64,000 bases of DNA from Epithemia pelagica. Lineage: Eukaryota > Protista > Bacillariophyta. Shown piece after piece: positions 49,364 through 60,396 of this stretch. Under the pieces are notes generated by a model. The model was given only the letters and a program-made list of their open reading frames with translations, did no database searches and had not been told where the DNA came from. Position 1 is the first letter of the stretch. Every line of letters begins with the position of its first letter. The stretch lies in NCBI GenBank assembly GCA_946965045.2, contig OX337238.1, forward strand, positions 1,426,001 through 1,490,000, written 5' to 3'. A program made the translations under genes and the position numbers.

Positions 49364-50308
49364 TGTTGCTCTCGTGTCCTGACCAATCTGCTGTGTCGTT
49401 TATGACAACCCAACGCCACCACCCAACCCCCCCAACTAGTCCACCCCCAACTCCTCCACCCCCCAAATAAATCTTGGTGTCTTCTCCGTTGCGCTCGTCG
49501 TTCGCCGTCGTTCGTGGGTAGAGGTACCCCCTAGCATAAGGGGGTCTCCAGGTTAATCGTACTCAGATTACACCCATACCCATTCACGAGCAGGACTCAC
49601 GCCTCTGCTAGGGGTAATGGCATGGCCGGCGTGGTGGTTGACACGCGTCGTCGTGATGATATGGAGTGTGTGGGCAGGTGCGTGCACCCGGGATTCCCTG
49701 ATACGACTCCAATTCAGGAATACAACGTCACCCAGACCCGGGTTTTTCTTTCATGTTCGACGAGAAATTCTATCGGAGCTCTAGCTAACCTTACGCCTCA
49801 TAACAGCTCTAGAGCAATATCCTCCGAAACTCTATCTGGCACTCTCTATTCTACCTCCATACTTACCCCCAAGCGGAAGGGCGAGCGAGAATTCAGTGCG
49901 CATTCTCATACTCACCCCCAAGGCGCGATCCGCAAAATCGGCGATTTTCGCCGTCTTTGACAAAAAATCACAACAACAACAACGCAATCACTACGATACG
50001 GATCTTGTTGCGGTTGTTACAACACCCATGGGCCCTCCCCATCCGACCCGAGTTGTTCGCCCTGTCCATAGCAACCCAAGGGACCATCCTGGCGTGGAAA
50101 CCGACCACTCCGACCTGCTGATTCCAGTTACATCTCAGTACCAAGACACTGCAATGGGAAGCAACAACAACCCGAATGAAAACCATCCATCCAACACCCT
50201 CCCAATCCCACCCGTGTTGTTGATACTATCTCTACCCACCTCATGGACCGTCCTGGCCTGGAAACCAACCCGTCAGCGCTACACGAGGCCATCAACTCCG
50301 CTTTCCGT

Positions 50309-50855
50309 TGTTAGGATTCTCACCAAAAACTAGGTGGCGAAACCTAAGGTACAACTCTCATCAAATGATGCTAGTATTTTATGGCATCCGATGACATTTT
50401 CCTAACAGTGAGAAAAGAATGACGGCATGAATCCGGAAGGTCGGAACGGAATCAACCTGGATGGGACTTCTAAGTAAAAGTGGCAACGCGGGACTTATTT
50501 GGCATTCCCATGCCAAAATAGTCTTCCAAGACCAAAAGATCCGGTATGAAATTTTATCAAATGATTTCTTTACGATGGCCGGCGCTTGGGGGACTTCGGA
50601 GTCTACACTACAATACAAACAGTGATTCCCATTTCCTCTTCTCCTCTCATTGAATGAGATTTTTCCGTAAACTCCTGACCTCCTCCCTCTCAATCTCGGC
50701 CTTGATACTATTCCCAGCTAAAAGCTAAAGGTATAAGGTGGAATTCAAACTTCAAACCCCAGGAACGTACGTCATTCCCTTCCTCCAAGTCTAGGCACCG
50801 TGGTCAACGAGTTTTGTGTTGTGAGAATGATTCACCTGTGGTGAGAAACCTAACA
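50309..50855. mobile_element. Element A, uninterrupted 547-bp copy at the array border
   Basis: TGTTAGGATTCTCACCA...TGGTGAGAAACCTAACA (16/17 inverted match). Carries about 305 bp that the units lack. Confidence 0.6.
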
Positions 50856-51690
50856 ACAACGACTGTGCGAGTTCCTGGAATGGTATCATGACCAACGCGC
50901 ATGTTAAACACTGAACCGAAAACGCCACCACGTAGAAGGTCTAACGCAGTGGTATACTTGGTTGGTCATGAGAACTACCAGCACACGTCTCGATGGCATG
51001 TCATGGGGCGATTTATCGTCCAGTTACGTTCATCGATGGTCCTCTCCGGGGGGAGAGACAATTTCTGCGCAAGGGTCCCAACTGATGTGGAGGATGCCAT
51101 TGTCGTACCAAAACGACAGTTTGTGTGGAGACGTGTAGTGCGCGCAAGCCGAAGCTCACGCAGAAACGTAGTTGGACATGCCTTTGTTGTATTCGACCGA
51201 GGCTTGTTCAGCTCCGTTGATGGGTATCTCTCTCGTTTGCCCGTGCACGGGCATGATGGCATGGGTGGTGGACGATGCACAGTTTCCATGGTTTGTAAAC
51301 GACACACAATGAAGAATCGAATACGAAATCACTCTCGTGGAAAAAGCCCTTGGCTCCCTCGGAATTCGAGAACTGTGGGGAACAACGCGTACTATTTCAC
51401 AAAGAGACTCCATCACGGAGAGACTCGGGCCATCTAGTTTATAATAGGTTGAGAGCCAGCAATTTTCCACCTCCCACCAACAAATCGACAGAAGCTCGAT
51501 TGAATCTAAGTCCTTTCCAAAGACCGAATCTGTAATCATGTGTCGCTGAATGCAACCTCTCTTCCTCTTTCGTTTTGCCACCCAGTTGTACCTCGTCGTA
51601 TCCTACATCTCTTGGTTCTTGTCATGTAGTCTATGTGCGATTGACTGACCTGCAACATCGTGCGCATGACAGGCACACCTGCTCGCGTTT
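50698..51690 (+). repeat. Direct paralog of unit positions ~1485-1868 and ~2635-3325 (lacks element C)
   Basis: Aligns by eye. Near-identical over the first ~340 bp, clearly more diverged with indels afterwards. Confidence 0.9.
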
Positions 51691-52035
51691 TTCACGCGGG
51701 TTTGGCATGCTGGTTGGTCGGCCGGCTCGCACATAGTCACCTTAGTCGCACTCTAGTAGAGGTGATGACTGGGACATGGGACAGATGAGAGAATCTGGAA
51801 GAGAGTTCCATTGAATTCCAAAGATTCGTGCCTGGGTAAAGTCTTTCTCGATGTTCAATGAACCAGCGACATGTTGCTCGTCCGTCATCATCATCTTGTT
51901 TGTTGGTGTGTGCATTCTCCTCCTACATCATTCCTGTAACCAAAAGTGAACAACCACACGGCCATTGAGAGAGGCAGCAAAGCAGTTCTTGTGAATCGCA
52001 TCATTGTCCTTTGAATCCACAACACGATACACAGT

Positions 52036-53418
52036 ATGGACGAAACAACCTTGCTGTTTGCTGCTGCCCGGTTTGCTTCAGCCGTGGGTCGTCTGTGTTT
52101 GGGTCCCTTCTTGCCTCTCTTGACGGAAGCTTTTGACTTTCCCGAGTCTTCCAAACCGACCTTGTTGTCCTCGTATTCCTCGGGTTACATTTTGACGCAA
52201 ATTGTGGGAGGCTATTTGGCCGATGTTTATGGTTTTGCCATTGTCACAGCCGTCTCGGTTGGTTTGTCCGCGATGATTGTCTTTTATGTGTCGAGTCTGG
52301 CATCCACAGTCACGCAATGGACCCATGCCTTTTTCCTGCTCGGTCTCTTGGCCGGACCCTTGTTTCCGGCTGGTTCGGCCGCCATTTCCTCGCGGGTTCC
52401 CTTGGCACGTCGGGCCGCATCGGCCGCCATGATTGATGCCTCGGCCAGTGCGGGGACCACGGTGGCCTCCTTGGCACCCCTCTTGGCGGTCACTTGGGGA
52501 TGGCGATGGATCTATCACATGACGGGTCTCTGTCTGGCCGGAGTGGCGGTCGCGGCCTGGAAGATGCGACCGGACACCACCACGAATACGAAACGATCCT
52601 ACCACTCACCGGCCATGCTTCCACAAAAGAATGAGAATGGGAGTGTCCCTGGAACAAACGGGGTCAGTAGCAACAACAACCACAAGTCTCTGTGCAGCAG
52701 TAGCAACAACAACAACAACCCTCCCTTGTCGGCGCTCTTTCTTCCCGTCGCCTCGTGTGCCTACTTGTGTCACTGTGTCGACAATTTCACCAAGTACAGT
52801 CTCAATGCGTGGGCGGCCACCATGTTGGTGACCAAACATGGTGCCTCGCAAGAATTAATTGGTTCCATCTTGGGCTTTCAAGAAGCGGTCGGTGTCTTAT
52901 CCAAGGCCTTGGTGGGTATTTGGTGTTCCTCCTTGCCCGCTTCGTTTCAATTGCGCGGCACGGTTTCCGCCATGGCCTTTTTGGTCCAAGCCGGTGCCTT
53001 GGCCACGTGTTTTGTGGCACAGGATTGGACCGTGGCGGCCTTGTGCATGGTAGTCTCCTCCTGTGCGGTCGGGGCCCATTCCATTGGATTTCGACCCATT
53101 TACTTTGAAGCCTCTCCTTCTCATGCCGGAGCGGTCAGTGGCATGGGCAATACCATTGCCAGTTTTGCGTCCATTTTGGGACCCGTTGTGATTGGATCCT
53201 TTATTCCTCAGGATGCACCCGAACCACACCAACAACCGTCCCCACATCATCATGGGGATACCTGGTGGAATGTCGCCTTGTGGATGTTGTGTGTCAATGG
53301 GTTGGGGGCTGTGGCCGCCAGTGCCATTACCTTGTTTGTCAAAGGAGGAGGAGGAGGAGGAGGAGGGCGTTCTTCGCTTTGGTGGGCGGGAGGAACTGGA
53401 AAAGCCATTAGTACCTGA
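52036..53418 (+). CDS. MFS transporter, SLC17/anion:cation symporter-like
   Basis: 460 aa with multiple hydrophobic helices. GYILTQIVGGYLADVYG resembles the ACS-family loop; also HAGAVSGMGNTIASFASILGP. Confidence 0.85.
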   Translation: MDETTLLFAAARFASAVGRLCLGPFLPLLTEAFDFPESSKPTLLSSYSSGYILTQIVGGYLADVYGFAIVTAVSVGLSAMIVFYVSSLASTVTQWTHAFFLLGLLAGPLFPAGSAAISSRVPLARRAASAAMIDASASAGTTVASLAPLLAVTWGWRWIYHMTGLCLAGVAVAAWKMRPDTTTNTKRSYHSPAMLPQKNENGSVPGTNGVSSNNNHKSLCSSSNNNNNPPLSALFLPVASCAYLCHCVDNFTKYSLNAWAATMLVTKHGASQELIGSILGFQEAVGVLSKALVGIWCSSLPASFQLRGTVSAMAFLVQAGALATCFVAQDWTVAALCMVVSSCAVGAHSIGFRPIYFEASPSHAGAVSGMGNTIASFASILGPVVIGSFIPQDAPEPHQQPSPHHHGDTWWNVALWMLCVNGLGAVAASAITLFVKGGGGGGGGRSSLWWAGGTGKAIST

Positions 53419-54064
53419 AACTACTGCAGAGTCGGAGTGGACGTTTCTGTGTTGTGTGTTGAAAACCACTGGATAATGCGGACAACCACAGGGTCCCTGG
53501 GCGGCGACCCACAAGAATTTTCTCTACGAAACAGCACTCTTTGACACCAACACACGCACACAGTAGCGCACACTGTCACACTCGCCATACGTCTCTCCAA
53601 TGAGGAACCAACTCTTCATACCTGTATTCTCGTGTTTCATAGTCGTACAATCGAGTAAACTGTCATGGGATGTCTTGGGGTACAATGCGTGGAAACCAAT
53701 CGTTGGACACTCTCTAGTACGAATACTCACACAGACCACAACCGACCCGCAAGACTCTCCATTCTGAAGCGTGCAGTGTTCCAGAAAACACCCAGCTATC
53801 TTTGGCATGCCAGAAGAAAAAGCGACAACTATGCATTGACAGTACACGAACAAAAGGAAGAACATTTCTATAGTAAAACGTGTATCTCTGACAAACTCTT
53901 TCGACTCATAGGCCGAAATCATTCAAGGTCTTGTCCGTTTCTGCGGGGAAAACGGTAGCTGGACCAAAGAGCGTTGCATGGTGTATGTTGTAGAGAGTAG
54001 AAAGTATGAATGGGACAGACACTCGGTGGATGCAAATGGTGGTTTGTGGAATGATCCACACTTG

Positions 54065-56215
54065 TTAAGAATCGTTCGTTACGGTGTCGTCATTCTTTTT
54101 GTCGTTGCGCCTCCCCAAACACCAACGGGAAACGGACAACGACGACACGATGGAGGACATGGATCCACCACCCCCGCAGACTCCCCATCCTACCAACCCA
54201 ATGGCCAAACCTGCCACGGTTTGCAAGATGCGAGTGGTTCGATCGGCTTGTTCCATGACTTGTCGATAGGTCAAGGCGGGGGGTGTTTTTTGCGATTCAA
54301 AACATTGTACAATCGCCGCGGGATGAATGCCCCAGACTCCCGCCGAATGCAAGATTTTGCGCAGAGCAACATTGGCAAACCACAAGGCCGATCCAATTCG
54401 GTCGGTATACCACGATTGGCGATATTGATAGGGAGCTCCGCATTGGGACAAGCGTACCAAGGCCTTGTGTTCGGGTTGACGATTTTGTTCGTAGCGTTGC
54501 AAGGCACCCACAAGTGTGGTTGGTTCGGTACTGGTCAAGGGTTGACCGGTGCGAATATCCTGGCCTTGCAAACACCGATCCAACACCAGGACATCACTCA
54601 AACCGGCATTGATGCCTTGTCCAATATCGGGTGGAAAGGCATGACAGGCATCTCCCACCAAGACAATTCCCACGTCCTGGGGATGGTGGGGCGACGACAA
54701 GACGGTCCCCGGAGAGTATTGCGGAATGGGAAAGGTAGTACCGGTCGCCGTGGCAAACCGATCCCATTCGGCATCATTGGTAATGATTTCATCCCAGACA
54801 ATGCGAGGAAAGGACGTTTGAAAAAAGGCCTTCATGGTGGGTCCATCTGTAATGGACCACACTTTGTGATTGTACCGAGTATTGAGATTGACGGGTCGAA
54901 TTTGATTGGGATCCTTGACGGGCAACAACCCCAAGGACATGCGTCGTCGTCCTTTATTGATGGATCGAATGACATAGGCATTGGTCGATACCGATTCAAT
55001 CGAGGATCCATCGGTATCTCGCAAGGTGAAATTGGGAGGAAATTGCAAACACTTGAGTTTGATCCCACTGGCCGGAGACGGATATTTTCGAACCGTAAAT
55101 GCTCGTGGACGAGAGTGCAACCACGAGGACGACGAGGCTTGAGCCGCTGCTGTGCGATTGGCCAAAATGGTTCGAACGGCCGAATCAATGCCATCGGCGG
55201 CTAACAGGAGTGTGGCATTGTAGGTACTCCCATCGTGACATTGTACTTGAAGCCACTGCATCGTGTCATTGTCGTCATTCGATGATGACACGGTCGTTTC
55301 TCGAAGGGCCACGACTTGCTTGTCATTGTACACTTGAATCGAACCACAGCGGTCGTCGTCGTGCTTTCCATTCGAGTAGTCCTCGGGTTCTTCATGTTGT
55401 GGTGGTCGTCGTCGTTGCGGCTGGTCGGGGTGTTGGTCCGCACACGTTTCCAAGAGCAATTGGACCATTTGATGACGAGGAATCCAAATGGCCGAGGTTT
55501 CCAATTCCTCATCCGTCATGGTTGGTGGTGTCGTATCTTCTTCTTCTTCTTCTTGTTCGTCCTCTGGCGTGTCGACTGGTTCTTGTGTGGATGATGGTGG
55601 TTGTTCTTTGTCGTCGTCCTCCTCCTCTTGTGCCTCCTCATTGGTCGTCGTCCTGTTGGTGGCGGTGGAACGCACAACATGATGATGGTCCCAGTCGAGG
55701 GGTGTTTGGGGATTGGCGGGTACCGTGTACATGGCCATGGTGGGTCGTCCTCCTCGCAAATAGCGAGTCGTTGAGGCAAAGGTTCCCCACTGCAACAAGC
55801 GTCGAGTGGCGGTACCAAAGTCTCGAAACCAGGCCAATCCCCGAGGATTGACTTGATACAAATAGGCGCGCGTGGGATCGTAGCCTTGCACGGCCGAGGA
55901 TTGTTCCAAGACCGTGACATTGTAATTGTGCGGTGCATTGGACAAGGTGAGAGCCGTGGCCAACCCCACCGGACCACCACCGACAATGACACAATGACGA
56001 GGACGGCAAGGACCACTCGGTGGGTCCAGTGCAGTCGTTTCAGCCACATCCGTCGTCGTAGAAAGAGGAGTGATGGGAGTGGCAGCAGCAGATGAAGCCG
56101 CCGAGACTGGTTCGCTCGCGGACACTCCACCCACAACCAGTGTCACTGACAACAACCAGAGAATCGGGAGCGTCCCCGGACGGAACCGACGAGATCCACC
56201 AAGTTTCATCCTCAT
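54065..56215 (-). CDS. FAD-dependent monooxygenase (kynurenine 3-monooxygenase-like fold), with N-terminal leader
   Basis: IVGGGPVGLA, AADGIDS and LVGDACHAFPPDIGQGINAG motifs. First ATG at 56215 (the ORF track starts at a TTG at 56248). Acidic low-complexity insert. Confidence 0.9.
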   Translation of the reverse strand: MRMKLGGSRRFRPGTLPILWLLSVTLVVGGVSASEPVSAASSAAATPITPLSTTTDVAETTALDPPSGPCRPRHCVIVGGGPVGLATALTLSNAPHNYNVTVLEQSSAVQGYDPTRAYLYQVNPRGLAWFRDFGTATRRLLQWGTFASTTRYLRGGRPTMAMYTVPANPQTPLDWDHHHVVRSTATNRTTTNEEAQEEEDDDKEQPPSSTQEPVDTPEDEQEEEEEDTTPPTMTDEELETSAIWIPRHQMVQLLLETCADQHPDQPQRRRPPQHEEPEDYSNGKHDDDRCGSIQVYNDKQVVALRETTVSSSNDDNDTMQWLQVQCHDGSTYNATLLLAADGIDSAVRTILANRTAAAQASSSSWLHSRPRAFTVRKYPSPASGIKLKCLQFPPNFTLRDTDGSSIESVSTNAYVIRSINKGRRRMSLGLLPVKDPNQIRPVNLNTRYNHKVWSITDGPTMKAFFQTSFPRIVWDEIITNDAEWDRFATATGTTFPIPQYSPGTVLSSPHHPQDVGIVLVGDACHAFPPDIGQGINAGLSDVLVLDRCLQGQDIRTGQPLTSTEPTTLVGALQRYEQNRQPEHKALVRLSQCGAPYQYRQSWYTDRIGSALWFANVALRKILHSAGVWGIHPAAIVQCFESQKTPPALTYRQVMEQADRTTRILQTVAGLAIGLVGWGVCGGGGSMSSIVSSLSVSRWCLGRRNDKKNDDTVTNDS

Positions 56216-56579
56216 GGTTTTGGTTGGTTGGTAGGAGTCTTGGTGCAATGATAGTTATACCCAAGAGTTGTCTTTGGTTTTGGGCAGTAGAGTATCTTTG
56301 GGTGAAACCACAACTGCCGCAAGTACGTGTTCTCAAGAATTTGAGGCGTCTTAAGCACGACTGATGCGATAACGGGCTACCTAAAAGCGACTTTGGTAGT
56401 ATTATGATCATATAGGTACTGTTGTCAGATACTGAATAGAACGGAAAGTACGAGTATAGAAGCAATTGTTAATAATGCTTTTGTGCCGATGACATCATCG
56501 ATTGATGATCTTCTCTCTCATTTCTGTCTCATTGCAGCACAGTGTTGCAATTTGCAACTTGCAACATACAACATATTGT

Positions 56580-58472
56580 ATGGCAACAGTGTTGGATTCG
56601 AATCGAACAGTAGCACCGAGAGCTCCGCTCATTCGTCGTCCTAACATGATGGTTTCCTCTGTTTCGTCGTCGTGGTGGTGGTTCAACCTCGGCGTCGTCG
56701 GCGTCCTTGTCTGGTTTGGAGGGCGACAGTCGGTCCATGCCTTGTCGTCGTCGTCGTCGTCCGTGTCCTCGTCCCAGCAACCGCTTCCACGGTGTGTGGT
56801 TGTCGGTGGTGGTCCAGTTGGGTTGGCCACGGCCTTGACCTTGTCCAATCCGCCCCACCATTACAATGTCACGGTATTGGAACAATCCTCGACCGTCCAA
56901 CGGTACGATCCCACGCGCGCCTATTTGTACAATGTCAATCCTCGAGGATTGGAATGGCTCGAGGAATTTCCCGCCGCCGCTCGTCGCTTGATTCGAGACG
57001 GGGTGGATATTTCGCAGTATGGACCTATGGGAGCCTGTACCGTTCCGGCCAATCCACAGGAACCCATTGTCGGAATGCAAACCATGGGAGGTGTCTTTAA
57101 TACATCGAGAACGTTGGAGGATGCGGCCCCCCTCAACAACAAAGACGAGAATGATTCGTCTCCACCCTTTTTCAATCGCTCGTCCTCCATCTGGGTGCAA
57201 CGTCATCAAATGGTGCAATTGTTGTTGGAAACCTGTCACGAACAAGCCCAATCGTCCACCAGTTTGCGACGAGACGCGTCCTCGTCACCCATGATGCAGC
57301 AAGGATCCATTCAAGTCTTGCATGGCAAACAAGTGACGAATCTCGCGGAGGAGAATGACAACGGTTTGTTGCAAGTGCACTGTGCCGATGGAACCGAGTA
57401 TGCGGCTCACTTGGTGGTGGCGGCCGATGGCATTGATTCGCAGGTGCGAACCACCTTGGCCGCCGAATCGTCGACATTGTCCTCGTGGTTGCAGTCGCGG
57501 TCCCAAGACTTTCGGGTGCGCCAATTTGTGTCACCCTCGGCCGGGGTCAAACTCAAGTGTTTGCAATTTCCTCCTGGGTTTCCCTTGACCAATACGAGTC
57601 TGGAAGAGGATGTGATTCCCACCACATCCACGACGACCTATGTCATTCGATCCGTCAATACGGGCGACCAAGGATTGAGTTTGGGATTGTTGCCCGTCAA
57701 GGATCCGACCTTGATTCGACCGGCCAACATCATTACCCGACCCAACCACAAGATTTGGTCCCTCACGACGGGACCGGCAATCAAAGAGTACATGACAAAA
57801 TCCTTTCCCCGCTTGCAATGGGATGCCATTGTGCAGGACGAGGCGGAATGGGACCGCTTTGCCAAGGCGACGGGGACGACCTATCCCAAACCGCAATATT
57901 CCCCCGGGTCCGCCGTGGCGTCGCCCCACCATCCCGACACGGTCGGCATTGCCTTGGTGGGAGATGCCTGTCATGCCTTTCCACCCGATATTGGACAAGG
58001 CATTAATTCTGGTCTCAATGATGTCCTTGCCTTGGATCGGTGTTTGCAAGGCAAGGACGTGGTCACCAATCAACCCTTGACGACGACAACGACAACGAAT
58101 CGTCGTCCGACCCTCTCCGAGGCCTTGGAACGGTATCAAGCCAATCGTGGACCGGAACATGCCGCCTTGATTCGCTTGGCTCGATTTGGTGCTCCCTATC
58201 AATATCGACAATCCTGGTTGCGCGATCGGATTGGGGCCAAATTGTGGTTGGCCAATGTCATTTTGCGACAAGTCTTGACCAAAGTCACCAAGGGATGGAT
58301 TACACCCGCGGCCATGATTCAAACCTATCAAATCGAAACGGAACGACCCTATACCTATCGACAAGTCATGCAACAAGCCGATTCCACCACACTCAAATTG
58401 CAAGTCTTGGCCGCCGCCTGTTTGACAGTCGTGTGTTGGGCCATCAAAAGAGTGCTGCTAGGAGGACGGTAA
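56580..58472 (+). CDS. FAD-dependent monooxygenase paralog (kynurenine 3-monooxygenase-like fold), with N-terminal leader
   Basis: VVGGGPVGLA, AADGIDS and LVGDACHAFPPDIGQGINSG motifs. Start uncertain (ATG at 56505, 56580 or 56646). Hydrophobic leader ending VHA-LSSSS. Confidence 0.9.
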   Translation: MATVLDSNRTVAPRAPLIRRPNMMVSSVSSSWWWFNLGVVGVLVWFGGRQSVHALSSSSSSVSSSQQPLPRCVVVGGGPVGLATALTLSNPPHHYNVTVLEQSSTVQRYDPTRAYLYNVNPRGLEWLEEFPAAARRLIRDGVDISQYGPMGACTVPANPQEPIVGMQTMGGVFNTSRTLEDAAPLNNKDENDSSPPFFNRSSSIWVQRHQMVQLLLETCHEQAQSSTSLRRDASSSPMMQQGSIQVLHGKQVTNLAEENDNGLLQVHCADGTEYAAHLVVAADGIDSQVRTTLAAESSTLSSWLQSRSQDFRVRQFVSPSAGVKLKCLQFPPGFPLTNTSLEEDVIPTTSTTTYVIRSVNTGDQGLSLGLLPVKDPTLIRPANIITRPNHKIWSLTTGPAIKEYMTKSFPRLQWDAIVQDEAEWDRFAKATGTTYPKPQYSPGSAVASPHHPDTVGIALVGDACHAFPPDIGQGINSGLNDVLALDRCLQGKDVVTNQPLTTTTTTNRRPTLSEALERYQANRGPEHAALIRLARFGAPYQYRQSWLRDRIGAKLWLANVILRQVLTKVTKGWITPAAMIQTYQIETERPYTYRQVMQQADSTTLKLQVLAAACLTVVCWAIKRVLLGGR

Positions 58473-60060
58473 CGAAGGACGATACCCGTGTGTTTGTTGG
58501 GAGGTTTTGCAAGGGTTCGTGTGTAATGGTAGAACCGTACCAAGTGAAATAATGTGTGTGTTTGGTCCACGCTTGTGTGTGTTTCCATATCCCCCTTTTA
58601 GAAAACTAGGACGTTCCACACAAGCGAGTGTGTGACGCGTTTGGGTGCGGAAACGTCGGTAGGTTCGATTGTGCGGCCGTACGATCACGGCTCTGGCAAT
58701 ACTATATGTTTGCCATGTGGCTGAAACAAGTTTTTACTACTCAACCCAGACAACACGTCCACCAATCCCGCTACCGACCATTGCGGGGAGTCTCCCACCC
58801 GCGTTCTTCAAGTAGTATTGTTTGGGTGGTAACAAATGATCGGCCAAGGGTCGTGGTCGACCGCAAAATTGTGTCGTAGCAACAGCATCACACATGCCAA
58901 GAAACGACAGGATGGAACCCTCATGACAATCACAGCAACCACCATGTCAAGAAACAGGAATGGAACTGCCCTGTCACGAACAGGAAAAGTACTCTGCACT
59001 ATACGCTGCAATCGGTATGGACACAAAATGGCGACCAACCGGATTGCCCTTGACTAATACGACATATACGAAACTCTTCCTTTTTTTGGAATTCACCACT
59101 GTCGGATTCGGGCGTCTACCGATCCATGGACCATGACTCTGTGTTTGTGGACCATGACTCAGATTCGTGTCTCACACACAACCGCACAACCACACGGTGG
59201 TGGCACTGTCCCACAACTGTCAGGCCAAAGCGCAGTACCACTTGTAGACACACAAAAGCTGTATACTCATGATTTTACGACTATCCTGGTCCGCGTTATA
59301 CGCTGGGGGAATCGTCGACCGGAGCGATGGGTTTAGAGACACACAAAAGCTGGGTCATTCCTTCCACGCCTTTGACAACAAACAAGCAAATTCTATCTTG
59401 CAACATGTTCTTTCTACTTTTGAGCAACTACTTACTACGTTCAAGGAGTGCAATCGAACATAGAAAACAAGTCAACGACTTGAGAACAAAACGTCTACGC
59501 TTCGTCCTTCCCTTCATCACCACGGTGCGTATTGGGCCTTGCGCGTTTACGAGCTGATGTCGATTTGGACAAGGGTAAAATATCAGCATGTTGAATATCC
59601 ATTCCTTCCTGAAAATGATACCATCCGCTGGGTTGCTGCTGACAGAGTTGACGAAAACACCACGAATTCCTATGATCCATAAGTGGTAATGTCCCACAGG
59701 ACGGATAGCCCCATCCACCAATCACGGCAATTTGATTGACAGCAGCCACCATACTCTGAATCGCGGGAGATTCCACACGCAGTTGCGGTGGTATCCAAGA
59801 AATGCACGCTTCGAATTTCTCCTTCCGCCACAACCAGACAAGATCCCACGGCAACCATTCCACAACACCTTTGTGCATTGGAAAGCACCAAATCAGAATG
59901 AGTCATCCAAGTTGACGAGAAGGAAATGACTGAAGACTGAGTGTCGTCTTTCCTCTCCTCTGCAAAGTCCAAATACTCCACGGAATCATGTCTTTCCTCG
60001 CCATTTTGGCCTCCACCGACAAAGATGCTGTGGCCAACAAGGCAACCAGTTGTTGTTCGC
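57635..60060 (-). repeat. Inverted paralog of unit positions ~4050-5650
   Basis: The reverse complement aligns to the unit's Kelch 3' half, intergenic DNA and monooxygenase fragment. About 780 bp (~57933-58716) is absent from the unit. Confidence 0.9.
59495..60060 (-). pseudogene. 5'-truncated, frameshifted Kelch paralog
   Basis: GHSIFVGGGQNGEERHDSVEYLDFAEE...IAVIGGWGYPSCGTLPL is split over two frames; the 5' blades are missing. Confidence 0.85.
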
Positions 60061-60098
60061 CGTGAATCATGATTGCACTGCACTACCGAAAGCCTCAA

Positions 60099-60200
60099 TC
60101 ATGCCGCGGAGGCTTTCGATGAAAAAACCCATTCCTGGTACACCTGGAACGACTGTTCCAGTACCCACACCGGTCCCGTTGCGGAGTTGCTTGAGCATGT
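60099..60200 (-). pseudogene. Duplicated, diverged C-terminal fragment of the STAND gene
   Basis: VLEQSFQVYQEWVFSSKASAA* versus YLEQSLKLYQEWGATVKVKELAA* at 60397-60470. Confidence 0.6.
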
Positions 60201-60396
60201 GAGAAATACCCGTCAGTGTTTAGGATTGCCCGTGTTTGCCAATATCCACAGCCACACCAAGGTCCGTTGGGATTTTGTGATCCAGAGCGGATGCCACACT
60301 ATCATACCTCTCTCTTCCCAGAATGGTCGTGCCAGCTGGTTCCGGTAGGATTGGAGGGGCAGTGTTTGGTCCAGTTGGCAGCAGCCGTTCCTGATA

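Larger units (their letters stand above)
1..50390. repeat. Tandem array of an 8202-bp unit (6 full units plus a partial 7th; extends beyond the left edge)
   Basis: All ORFs and sequence recur at offsets 8202, 16404, 24606, 32808 and 41010, then 49211 after a 1-bp deletion near 43909. Identity with the unit stops after ...atggcatccg at 50390. Confidence 0.99.

Noticed and set aside
53978-58403. Long ORFs 53978-55204(+), 55099-55851(+), 56529-57251(-) and 57531-58403(-)
   Set aside because: Antisense shadow frames of the GC-rich monooxygenase genes, with no motifs.
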